Below, piece by piece: positions 18,388 through 27,153 of a stretch of 64,000 nucleotides of DNA; position 1 is the first letter of the stretch; each line of letters opens with the position of its first letter. The notes beneath the pieces were generated by a model, which saw only the letters and a list, made by a program, of their open reading frames with translations, did not search any database and had not been told where the DNA came from. Source of the DNA: a virus. Taxonomy: Duplodnaviria; Caudoviricetes. The stretch spans positions 96,001-160,000 of IMG/VR virus record IMGVR_UViG_3300010167_001484. The stretch is one strand, 5' to 3'. The translations under genes and the position numbers were made by a program.

Positions 18388-19860
18388 ATGAGTAATATAT
18401 TATTACAGAATTTTGGGGATGGAGAAATTTGGGTTCCGTGTGTATGTACAGATGCAACATATACAGATAAATTTTCTAAATTTATATTAGTTGAGTACAC
18501 AGTAATCAATAATAGACATGTAGGATTCTGTAAACTTTGTAATCGTAGTCATAGTCATGCTCCTGTATGGAATAGTGTATGGGACGGTAATCCTACATTC
18601 TTTCAACATAAGCGTAGTTGTATATATCCTGGTTGTACTATTCAAGAAAGTAAGAATCATGATATGGTATCTACTACAGTAGGAGTATCTAATCCTACAA
18701 GTTTACATAAAAGTGATTGTAACCATTGTAATGTAAGTTTTGAAAGTAATCATCAGAATTTTACATGGAGTGTTGCTAGTGCAAGTACTAATCCAACTTG
18801 GAGTAATACTATATGTGAATTTAGAAGGTGCACTGATTGTAATAGGCTTGAAACAAATGGACATACTTGGGGATTGCAGATAGTAGATAGAATAGGGGTG
18901 GAACATTGTACTTATGCTGGTGATGGTTCAAATAGTAATCCTCCTTTAGATCCAGCTAATGCTCAACATAGAATTACACACCGTTGTCAAAGATGTAATA
19001 GGTCTAATCACAACATAAGTCCGAACCCTCAAATACAGAATCATACAATGGGACCATGGACTCCTTGGTATAATAATAGTCAACATGGTTGTAGTAGAAC
19101 TCGTACTTGTACTGTTGTAGGTTGTGGCCAAAGTCAATATCAAAATGTTTCACATCAATGGAGTGGTAGTAATTGCACTAGATGCGGTTTAACTAATGCA
19201 CCTCAATGTTATATTACAGGTCAACACAATTTTATTACTCAGACTTATTATTGGAAGCATTGGTCTATACCTGATTTATATTGTTATCAAATAATAAAAT
19301 GTTCATACTGTGGATGTACTGCAAGTAAGGAGTCTCAAACTCATGATTTCACCATAACTGTTCCAAATGCTCCTGCCAGTACAAAAGCTTGTAGAAGATG
19401 TGGTGTATGTAATAAACATTGGAATAATAATGCATGGACCAACAACGGTATCAATGAAAAACAAGCAGGAACATGTTCTTCTCCAAGTTGTACACAACCT
19501 GCACCTATTCATTATAGAGGACATACATGGAGATTAGGATGGGAAAGAAATTCAACACAACATTGGCAGATATGTAATTCTTGTCCTACTAACAATAGAG
19601 CCGAGCGTAATCGTGCAAGTCACGATTTTGGGAATTGGTTTTTCTGGAATCAAGATAATGATATATGTCAAAGAAGATTTGAAAGCTGTATATGTGGTCA
19701 ACCTAATCTAGATGTCATAAGAGAACACATATATGATGAGCATGATAAGTGTACAAGACCTGGTTGTACTTGGAATAAAGAAGTAATTGAAGATGTGATT
19801 GAATGGTGTCCATTCTGTAATGGAACAGGGTGTTCAAGCTGTAAGAAGGATGTGATATAA
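18388..19860 (+). CDS. Cys/His-rich repeat protein (tandem H...CxxC units)
   Basis: More than ten CxxC/Cx4C pairs interleaved with HxW/HxF. Confidence 0.75.
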   Translation: MSNILLQNFGDGEIWVPCVCTDATYTDKFSKFILVEYTVINNRHVGFCKLCNRSHSHAPVWNSVWDGNPTFFQHKRSCIYPGCTIQESKNHDMVSTTVGVSNPTSLHKSDCNHCNVSFESNHQNFTWSVASASTNPTWSNTICEFRRCTDCNRLETNGHTWGLQIVDRIGVEHCTYAGDGSNSNPPLDPANAQHRITHRCQRCNRSNHNISPNPQIQNHTMGPWTPWYNNSQHGCSRTRTCTVVGCGQSQYQNVSHQWSGSNCTRCGLTNAPQCYITGQHNFITQTYYWKHWSIPDLYCYQIIKCSYCGCTASKESQTHDFTITVPNAPASTKACRRCGVCNKHWNNNAWTNNGINEKQAGTCSSPSCTQPAPIHYRGHTWRLGWERNSTQHWQICNSCPTNNRAERNRASHDFGNWFFWNQDNDICQRRFESCICGQPNLDVIREHIYDEHDKCTRPGCTWNKEVIEDVIEWCPFCNGTGCSSCKKDVI

Positions 19861-21218
19861 TGCCTTTCATATGTGAAGATGTACTTATACCTGAAGTGGC
19901 AGGTAAATTAACATTCAATAATCAACAGTTGATGAAAGTTATATATGATGATGTAGAAGTTTGGTCTGTAACACCTTTCAGAATAGCTACATTAGATATA
20001 TTACCTGTTATGGTAGTAGGTATACAGTTTATTCAAACAATTATTAGTGTTTCGCATACTGATAAGATTGTAGAAAATCTTGATGGAGAAGGGTATATAG
20101 TTGAATATGTATTAGATAGAAAATTCAGTTTAGCGGGTGGTGAGCTTCCTACAGGATTAACATTAGATGAAGATGGAGTTTTATCGGGTATACCTGAGGA
20201 AGAAGGTATATTCACTTTTGAAATAAAATCTGAGATTGTAGATGGTGAATCTGATGTCAAAGAATTCTCAGTGTATGTTAGGCCTGCAACAACAGATTGG
20301 GTTGTAGAATTTCCGATACTTATTGAAACATTGATGAATAAAGGTAGAGTATTCATCACAGAACCTTCACCAGATGTGTTCAGATATTTTATCATAAATG
20401 GGCATCTGAGTGAATATCTAGAAATAGTGCCAGATTATCACAAACATGAGGGTTCATACTCTTATATTGAGCCATTGACAGTTTGTCCGTCTGCTCCGAA
20501 GATTACAAGTATAACTCGTGGAATAGATACTTTAACTATATATTGGGATAGACCTGAATTAGATGGTAACGTACCTATATTATATCAGATTTCTCTAGAT
20601 GGTGGTACAACATGGATGATAGCTAAAGGTCAGAATGAAGATACTATAGCTGATACAGATATATTAACTAAGTATGATATAATTGTTAGAGGTTATAACG
20701 TCTTCTATATTGGTCCAAATAGTGAACCATTTATATCCTATCCATCAATTATAGCAACTGTTATTGATCCTGAAGATAGTGAAACTAGTGAAGCGAGATT
20801 AGGTCAGATAGTATATAATTCATTAGTTGATGGTGTTTCGCATAATATTAAGATCATGGAATTTATACAGACTGAAGATAAGATGACTATGGTATTAGAA
20901 CTTACATCTCTTTGTGATATAGAGGGTCATACATTCAATGAATGGTCTGTTATTGAAGAGCCAACGTGTACAGAATTTGGTGAAGAGCAACGTAGTTGTT
21001 CCAGATGTAAATATATAGAATCACAAGAGATTATAGCTTTAGGTCATATTCCTGGTATAGCTGCTACGTGTGTAGAAGATCAAACATGTGAAGTTTGTAA
21101 TGAAATATTAGTATCTGCATTAGGTCATTCTTTCGGTGAATGGTATATAGATGGTGATCTGGAGCGAAGAGATTGTAAATTGTGTGATTACTATGAAACA
21201 CAGGATATATCTGAATGA
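19860..21218 (+). CDS. Ig-like + FN3 + Cys-repeat structural protein
   Basis: LPTGLTLDEDGVLSGIP (putative Ig), PSAP...LTIYWDRP..DG (FN3), PTCTE.G...C..C...ALGH repeats. Confidence 0.75.
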   Translation: MPFICEDVLIPEVAGKLTFNNQQLMKVIYDDVEVWSVTPFRIATLDILPVMVVGIQFIQTIISVSHTDKIVENLDGEGYIVEYVLDRKFSLAGGELPTGLTLDEDGVLSGIPEEEGIFTFEIKSEIVDGESDVKEFSVYVRPATTDWVVEFPILIETLMNKGRVFITEPSPDVFRYFIINGHLSEYLEIVPDYHKHEGSYSYIEPLTVCPSAPKITSITRGIDTLTIYWDRPELDGNVPILYQISLDGGTTWMIAKGQNEDTIADTDILTKYDIIVRGYNVFYIGPNSEPFISYPSIIATVIDPEDSETSEARLGQIVYNSLVDGVSHNIKIMEFIQTEDKMTMVLELTSLCDIEGHTFNEWSVIEEPTCTEFGEEQRSCSRCKYIESQEIIALGHIPGIAATCVEDQTCEVCNEILVSALGHSFGEWYIDGDLERRDCKLCDYYETQDISE

Positions 21219-21904
21219 ATAAATTAGAATTAGTCGATAGTGATGGTGAATCTTTATTTCCAATAACAGATGTTGAGTGTGTTAATGGTATTGAAGATTT
21301 AATAGATACAAAAATGATAACTCCTGAGGATATGATAAATTTCATATTTAATAAGATTTATCCGGTTGGTTGTATCTACATGTCAATAAATAATAAGAAT
21401 CCTTCTTTACTTTTTGGTGGTGAATGGTTAGCTTGGGGTCAAGGTAGAGTTCCCGTTGGTGTAGATACTAGTGGTACATTTAATACTATAGAGAAAATAG
21501 GTGGCGCAGAAAATGTTGGACACACGCATACAAGTGCAGCTCATACTCATACAAGTGCTGCTCATACTCATACTGGTCCAAGTCATAGTCATGGACTAGG
21601 TGCAGGGTACGCTTTTGCGGGTCGGGGTGGTACAAATGCGGCATCTCCTACAGCTATAACTATAAATGAAAAGACAGTAGCGCAGTGGGCGTCTACTGCA
21701 CAGTTTGGTGCTGTAGGTACAACGCAAATGTATTCAACGCGTGGTATAGGATTAGGTGGCACTACTGATAATGGAGGTACAGGAGCAACTGGAAGTACGA
21801 CTCCAGGAGCAACTGGAAGTACGACTCCAGGAGCAACTGGAAGTACATCTTCGTCAACAGTACAACCTTATATCACCTGTTATATGTGGAAAAGAGTTGC
21901 ATAA
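21215..21904 (+). CDS. Needle/short-fibre protein 4
   Basis: Collar motifs; 4 HxH; perfect 24-bp tandem repeat at 21781-21846. Confidence 0.8.
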   Translation: MNKLELVDSDGESLFPITDVECVNGIEDLIDTKMITPEDMINFIFNKIYPVGCIYMSINNKNPSLLFGGEWLAWGQGRVPVGVDTSGTFNTIEKIGGAENVGHTHTSAAHTHTSAAHTHTGPSHSHGLGAGYAFAGRGGTNAASPTAITINEKTVAQWASTAQFGAVGTTQMYSTRGIGLGGTTDNGGTGATGSTTPGATGSTTPGATGSTSSSTVQPYITCYMWKRVA

Positions 21905-22488
21905 TGTCTATAGAATTAGAATTAAAAACAAATGATAATGAAAACTTATACCCTAATATAAACATTCAAAAAGTAATTGATATAATTTATCCTATAGGTT
22001 CTGTATATATTACAGTTAATGATATTAGTCCGCAAATATTATTTGGAGGTATTTGGGAACAGATAAGTAAAGGTCGTACTCTTGTTGGTGTAGATGATTC
22101 TGATTTTGATTTCAATATTGAAGAAAAATGGGGGGGGGCGAAGTCCCTATCTCATTCACACAATAATCCAGCAATAGGTAGTACAATAGCAACAAATGTT
22201 GCTCACGCTATAACAGTGGCTCAGATTCCTCAACATAATCATACATCTAGAATGTTAACTAGAGGTGTTGCAGATACTCATTCGACAGATGTAGCGTGGC
22301 CTAGGTTTGCATTAGGTCCGACAAATAGTTCGTTTGAAAGTTGGGTATTCACCGGAAATACGGGTTCTGGAAATACACACAATCATACTCAAAATAGTCA
22401 TACACACTCTTTAACTAAAACGGATAATACAGAAATATCTATATTACAACCTTATTTAACAGTATTCATATATAAGAGAGTATCATGA
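21904..22488 (+). CDS. Needle/short-fibre protein 5
   Basis: TAATG-coupled start; collar motifs; G9 tract. Confidence 0.8.
   Translation: MSIELELKTNDNENLYPNINIQKVIDIIYPIGSVYITVNDISPQILFGGIWEQISKGRTLVGVDDSDFDFNIEEKWGGAKSLSHSHNNPAIGSTIATNVAHAITVAQIPQHNHTSRMLTRGVADTHSTDVAWPRFALGPTNSSFESWVFTGNTGSGNTHNHTQNSHTHSLTKTDNTEISILQPYLTVFIYKRVS
22130..22138 (+). repeat. G9 homopolymer in frame (KWGGA)
   Basis: aaa tgg ggg ggg gcg. Confidence 0.9.
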
Positions 22489-23183
22489 AAGAATTAGAAT
22501 TCAAAAATGATGATGGTCAACGATTAAACCCGAGGACACATTTTTCACAAATTGATGGATTAGATGATCAGTTAAAAATAAATATGCCTCCTGGTGGTAT
22601 TATAATGTGGTCAGGTACAGTGAGTAATGTACCTGAAGGTTGGTTGTTGTGTGATGGTACTAAAGGTACCCCAGATCTAAGGGATAGATTTATAGTAGGA
22701 GCTGGTAGTACATATAATCCAAGTAGCATAGGTGGTAATAACACTGTTGCGATTACAACAGCACAAATGCCTCAACATAATCATGGTAGTACAGGTAGCA
22801 CTACTCCTGGAAATACAGGTAATCCTACAACTACATTAAGTGCTGCTAGTGCTGGAGCTCATGAACATCTTGTTGGTATGAATAGTTCTGGAGCTCCGGC
22901 TGATAGAAGAATATATGGAGATGTATTAGGAGGATCAACCTCAATTTTATTGATGTATCCTTTAAGTAGTTCAAATCATGGTGTATTATCTATAAGAAAT
23001 GGTGCAGGATATACAGGTGGACCTTATGCAATTAGTAATGGTGCACATACTCATACAGTAACTAATAGTGCTCATGTACATACTAGTGCAGCTCATACTC
23101 ATAGTACAGGAGATACTGGTAGTGGTGCTGCACATGAAAATCGTCCACCTTATTATGCGTTATGCTTCATAATGAAAGAATGA
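22485..23183 (+). CDS. Needle/short-fibre protein 6 (classical tail-collar domain type)
   Basis: PPGGIIMWSG..PEGWLLCDG..TPDLRDRFIVGAG...RPPYYALCFIMK. Confidence 0.85.
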   Translation: MKELEFKNDDGQRLNPRTHFSQIDGLDDQLKINMPPGGIIMWSGTVSNVPEGWLLCDGTKGTPDLRDRFIVGAGSTYNPSSIGGNNTVAITTAQMPQHNHGSTGSTTPGNTGNPTTTLSAASAGAHEHLVGMNSSGAPADRRIYGDVLGGSTSILLMYPLSSSNHGVLSIRNGAGYTGGPYAISNGAHTHTVTNSAHVHTSAAHTHSTGDTGSGAAHENRPPYYALCFIMKE

Positions 23184-23184
23184 T

Positions 23185-23892
23185 ATGAAAGAATTAGAAC
23201 TCAAAACTAATGATGATATATTGAATCCTATAACTGATGAAATACTGAATTTCCTCTTCAATAGAATTTATCCTATCGGTTATATCTATATGAGTGTTGA
23301 TGATATCAATCCTGGTGAATTATTCTGCGGAACTTGGATAAGATGGGGTAGCGGTAGAGTACCTGTAGGTATAGATAAGACTGATTCTGATTTCGATGCT
23401 ACTGAGAAGATAGGTGGATACAAAAGTCACACTCACAATCTAAGTAATCATACTCATACAATAAGCAACCATGTACATTCACAAGCTCACACTCACAATA
23501 GTGCAGCTCATTTTCATTCAGAAGGAGCTCATACACATAATCTAGATGAAAATGGAGCAGCAGCAATATTTTGGAGAAATGGTGCTATTATACATGAAAG
23601 AAATCAAAGTATAGGTATAACAGGGTGGGGAAGATATATTATAACAGGAACAGCAGATACTGTGAATGAAAATACCACTCAAAGTACACGCATAAAAGGA
23701 AGAACAGCAGCTATGACAGCAGCAGCAAATACAGGATCTACTACTCCTGGAGTAACTGGAGGAGTTAATACTGATAATACTGGTAATCCTACAGTATTGC
23801 TTGCTAGTGGAGAACCATCAAATAATAATACAAATCAACAATCAAATGTTCAACCATATATAATATGTTATATGTGGAAAAGAGTTTCTTGA
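23185..23892 (+). CDS. Needle/short-fibre protein 7
   Basis: Collar motifs; 6 HxH. Confidence 0.8.
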   Translation: MKELELKTNDDILNPITDEILNFLFNRIYPIGYIYMSVDDINPGELFCGTWIRWGSGRVPVGIDKTDSDFDATEKIGGYKSHTHNLSNHTHTISNHVHSQAHTHNSAAHFHSEGAHTHNLDENGAAAIFWRNGAIIHERNQSIGITGWGRYIITGTADTVNENTTQSTRIKGRTAAMTAAANTGSTTPGVTGGVNTDNTGNPTVLLASGEPSNNNTNQQSNVQPYIICYMWKRVS

Positions 23893-23893
23893 T

Positions 23894-24499
23894 ATGAATA
23901 AAGAGTTAATACTTCAAGATACTGAAGATAGTAAATTACATATTAGACCTCATGTTGATTATATTTATCCTATTGGTAGCATTTATATGTCTGTGAATGA
24001 TGTAGATCCTTCAGAATTGTTTGGAGGTATTTGGGAATTATTCAGCAGAGGTCGTACTATTGTCGGTATTGATGAAGGTGATTCTGATTTCGATGAGTCT
24101 GAGAAAATAGGTGGAAATGGGAATCATATACACAATCTTAATTCTCATACTCATACGAGTACATCTCATACTCATACTGTAGGTGCTCATACTCATAATT
24201 TAGATGCTAATGGAGCCGCATGTATTCTAATACAAGCTACTACAATAGCTACTGAAGACGGTGTAACTACTACAGGTTGGAATCGTCGTCGAAATATAAA
24301 TATAAATTCAGCGGTATCTGATGGTGGTGTTTTTGGTCATGGTACACCATTAAGAGGTAGAACAACAGCAATGACTGCAGCAGCTAATACAGGATCTACT
24401 ACTCCTGGAGTAACCGGAGTTCCATCAAACAATAATACAAATCAACAATCAAATTTACAACCATACATAACATGCTATATATTCAAACGTGTAGCATAA
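23894..24499 (+). CDS. Needle/short-fibre protein 8
   Basis: Collar motifs; 4 HxH. Confidence 0.8.
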   Translation: MNKELILQDTEDSKLHIRPHVDYIYPIGSIYMSVNDVDPSELFGGIWELFSRGRTIVGIDEGDSDFDESEKIGGNGNHIHNLNSHTHTSTSHTHTVGAHTHNLDANGAACILIQATTIATEDGVTTTGWNRRRNININSAVSDGGVFGHGTPLRGRTTAMTAAANTGSTTPGVTGVPSNNNTNQQSNLQPYITCYIFKRVA

Positions 24500-24514
24500 G
24501 AAAGAGAGGAAATT

Positions 24515-24913
24515 ATGAATTATGACAGAGTAGAGATTGTACCAAAAAGTGGAGATGTGTTCGATATAGAGTTTTATTATGAAGATGAACTGGTTCAAAC
24601 TTATAATAATATTCCTAATAACGATGCACATCAATATGCAGATTTAGTAGGTTCAACGTTTTTACCACCCTCAGAACCTTCTGATCCGTCAGAACCGTCG
24701 TTCTTTGAAGTATTCAAATTAGGTTTAGAATTAATGTCTGGACAGATTGGAGTAGATAGTATACCTGAGCATATGGTAGATCATCCAATCTTGAAGGGAA
24801 TTATAGATAAACAGAAAGTTGAATCTTCTATCTTAGAAGAGATGTCTCAAACAGGTCAAATACTTGAAGCATTATTAGAAGGTTATATGGAGGAGAGTGA
24901 TACAGATGAGTGA
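24515..24913 (+). CDS. Acidic hypothetical protein (possible fibre chaperone)
   Basis: ORF with GAGGA SD inside fibre cluster. Confidence 0.55.
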   Translation: MNYDRVEIVPKSGDVFDIEFYYEDELVQTYNNIPNNDAHQYADLVGSTFLPPSEPSDPSEPSFFEVFKLGLELMSGQIGVDSIPEHMVDHPILKGIIDKQKVESSILEEMSQTGQILEALLEGYMEESDTDE

Positions 24914-25523
24914 TAAATTAGATAGTTTTCGTCAATTAGGTAAAGAAATTGCTCGTAGTAAACGAGCTGCAGTAAGAATTGAAGGAACAGTAGAAGAAGT
25001 AGAATCAATGATTACAACTGTTTATGAAATCAAAGATACAGTTGATAAATTAGATGATCAAATGACGGTGTTATTACCTTCTATTGTATCTAAACTTAGA
25101 TTTCTTACAGAGAATGATCGTATTACATTGACACAATTTCCTTATGATTGTTTTCCTGAATTTGTTTGGATTCAGGATAGAGATTACGATAGAGGGGAAG
25201 TAATACGATTTAATAATTACAAATATCTTCTTCTAGATGGTGGTCGTATTGATGAAGGTCAAACTCCTGCAACAAGTAATAGATGTCTATTACATCGAGA
25301 TATTGCTAGTTATGATATAGATGGTACTATCCGTAAATGGGTTCGTGAGGAATTCTGTCTGCAAGATTTTTGGCGGTGGTGGGATGCTGACTCAAATAAA
25401 CCTCAGCAACATGGCTGGTATAGAGTTAAAGTGCGTCTTGTAAATGATGCAACAGATCCTCCGAATGCTACAGACCGTTGGGAATTTATGGGAAGCGAAA
25501 TTGATCCACCTGACCATGAGTAA
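24906..25523 (+). CDS. Hypothetical protein with CBM5/12-like aromatic modules
   Basis: W....DYDRGEVIRFNNYKY and ...PP....W patterns. Confidence 0.5.
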   Translation: MSDKLDSFRQLGKEIARSKRAAVRIEGTVEEVESMITTVYEIKDTVDKLDDQMTVLLPSIVSKLRFLTENDRITLTQFPYDCFPEFVWIQDRDYDRGEVIRFNNYKYLLLDGGRIDEGQTPATSNRCLLHRDIASYDIDGTIRKWVREEFCLQDFWRWWDADSNKPQQHGWYRVKVRLVNDATDPPNATDRWEFMGSEIDPPDHE

Positions 25524-26154
25524 AGAATTAGAGATAAAAAATCAACAGGATGAAATACTGCACCCAGTGATAAATATGGAAAAAGTATTCAATGCTATAT
25601 ATCCTATAGGTGCAGTATACATCTCTGTATCAAATATTGGTCCTGATATATTATTTGGTGGAACTTGGGAATCTATAGGTCAAGGTCGTACTTTAGTTGG
25701 TATTGATTCATCTGATACTGATTTCGATGTAGTAGAAAAAATCGGTGGTCATAAGAAATTACAAGAACACAATCATGGTAATACAGGATCTACAACTCCA
25801 GGAGCTACAGGATCTACAACTCCTGGAGTTACTGGAAATAATAGTGCAGCTCATACGCATACTACTTATATGCTTTCTCATCCGTATGCCTCTCCAGGAA
25901 CACATTTAAGGACATTTGCTATAACTGATTGGAGAGATGGTCAATTAGCTCCAGCAGGGACAACTCGTGTAGGTCATAATGTTAGTAATAGAGATGGTAC
26001 ATCTGGAAATAATAGTGCTAACCATACCCATACATCTGCAGCCCATACCCATACATCTGCAGCTCACATACACAGTATATCAAATGCAGGAACTGGAAAT
26101 TCTGAAAATTTACAGCCATATATTACAGTTTTCATGTGGAAGCGAGTAGCATAG
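25516..26154 (+). CDS. Needle/short-fibre protein 9
   Basis: Start MSKELEIK; collar motifs; reversed TG/HxH polarity. Confidence 0.8.
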   Translation: MSKELEIKNQQDEILHPVINMEKVFNAIYPIGAVYISVSNIGPDILFGGTWESIGQGRTLVGIDSSDTDFDVVEKIGGHKKLQEHNHGNTGSTTPGATGSTTPGVTGNNSAAHTHTTYMLSHPYASPGTHLRTFAITDWRDGQLAPAGTTRVGHNVSNRDGTSGNNSANHTHTSAAHTHTSAAHIHSISNAGTGNSENLQPYITVFMWKRVA

Positions 26155-26155
26155 A

Positions 26156-26776
26156 ATGGAAGATTCAGTACTAGAATTTAAAACAAATGATGATAGGATA
26201 CTATATCCTGTTATTAATATGAATAAACTATTTGACGCTATGTATCCTATAGATAGTATTTATATATCAATGAACAATACGAATCCCTCAGAATTATTTG
26301 GAGGAATTTGGGAGTCGATATGTAAAGGTAGAACATTGATAGGTGTAGATGAAGAAGATTCTGATTTTGACGTAGTAGAATTAAAGGGTGGTAGTAAGAA
26401 TCATCTTCACAACTTGAATAATCATACTCATACGAGTACAGCACATACTCATAATATAAGTTCTCATACACATAATTTAAGTACCACAGGTGGAGCTCGT
26501 ATTCGAGCAGATTCTGGGACAGTATATAGTGGGGATTGGTCAGATGTGAATGTACAATCTAATATAACTAGACGTATAGCTGTTACAGGGGTGACTGATA
26601 GTGCAGCGATTCGTCAAGGAACAGGTCTTATGGGTAGAACTGATGGAATAACAACAATAACTAATACAGGTGCTACAACTTCTGGAGCTACAGGTGCACC
26701 TTCAAACAATAATACTAATTTAGAATCAAATCTTACTCCTTTTATTACTTGTTATATGTGGAGACGAGTAGCATAG
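26156..26776 (+). CDS. Needle/short-fibre protein 10
   Basis: Collar motifs; 4 HxH. Confidence 0.8.
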   Translation: MEDSVLEFKTNDDRILYPVINMNKLFDAMYPIDSIYISMNNTNPSELFGGIWESICKGRTLIGVDEEDSDFDVVELKGGSKNHLHNLNNHTHTSTAHTHNISSHTHNLSTTGGARIRADSGTVYSGDWSDVNVQSNITRRIAVTGVTDSAAIRQGTGLMGRTDGITTITNTGATTSGATGAPSNNNTNLESNLTPFITCYMWRRVA

Positions 26777-26810
26777 AATAGATATTATTTATTATAAGAT
26801 CAGAATTTAC

Positions 26811-26824
26811 TAACCTTATATAAT
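26811..26824 (+). promoter_or_regulatory. Putative phage late promoter motif
   Basis: TAACCTTATATAAT before sheath operon. Confidence 0.65.
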
Positions 26825-26848
26825 TTTGTAGAAATGTGGTGATAACTA

Positions 26849-27151
26849 TTGATTTATAAAAATACTGGACCTTCTGTAAAAACTTTTTATGGAGTTACTT
26901 TTGCATCAGGAGAAATAAAAGAAGTAAGCGGTATAATAGATCATCATAAATTTATACAAGTAGATTCGTTACCTAAGGAACCTCCTGTTGTTAACGATAT
27001 TCCAATAGATCCAGCTAAGGTTATTAGAAATAGGGGAAGACCTCCCAAGATAATCCCAGAACAAGAGGTTGTGCTTGATACGCCAGATATAGATTCTGGT
27101 AAAGTCAACGAAGATATCTCAAATGAAAATAATGAACAGGAGGAAATATAA
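26849..27151 (+). CDS. Hypothetical protein preceding sheath
   Basis: ORF with RGRPPK segment and acidic tail. Confidence 0.65.
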   Translation: MIYKNTGPSVKTFYGVTFASGEIKEVSGIIDHHKFIQVDSLPKEPPVVNDIPIDPAKVIRNRGRPPKIIPEQEVVLDTPDIDSGKVNEDISNENNEQEEI

Positions 27152-27153
27152 AG

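Noticed and set aside
15877-26776. Diversity-generating retroelement or shufflon acting on the fibres
   Set aside because: No reverse transcriptase, no adenine-specific TR/VR pair, no invertase, and all genes are co-oriented with their own starts.
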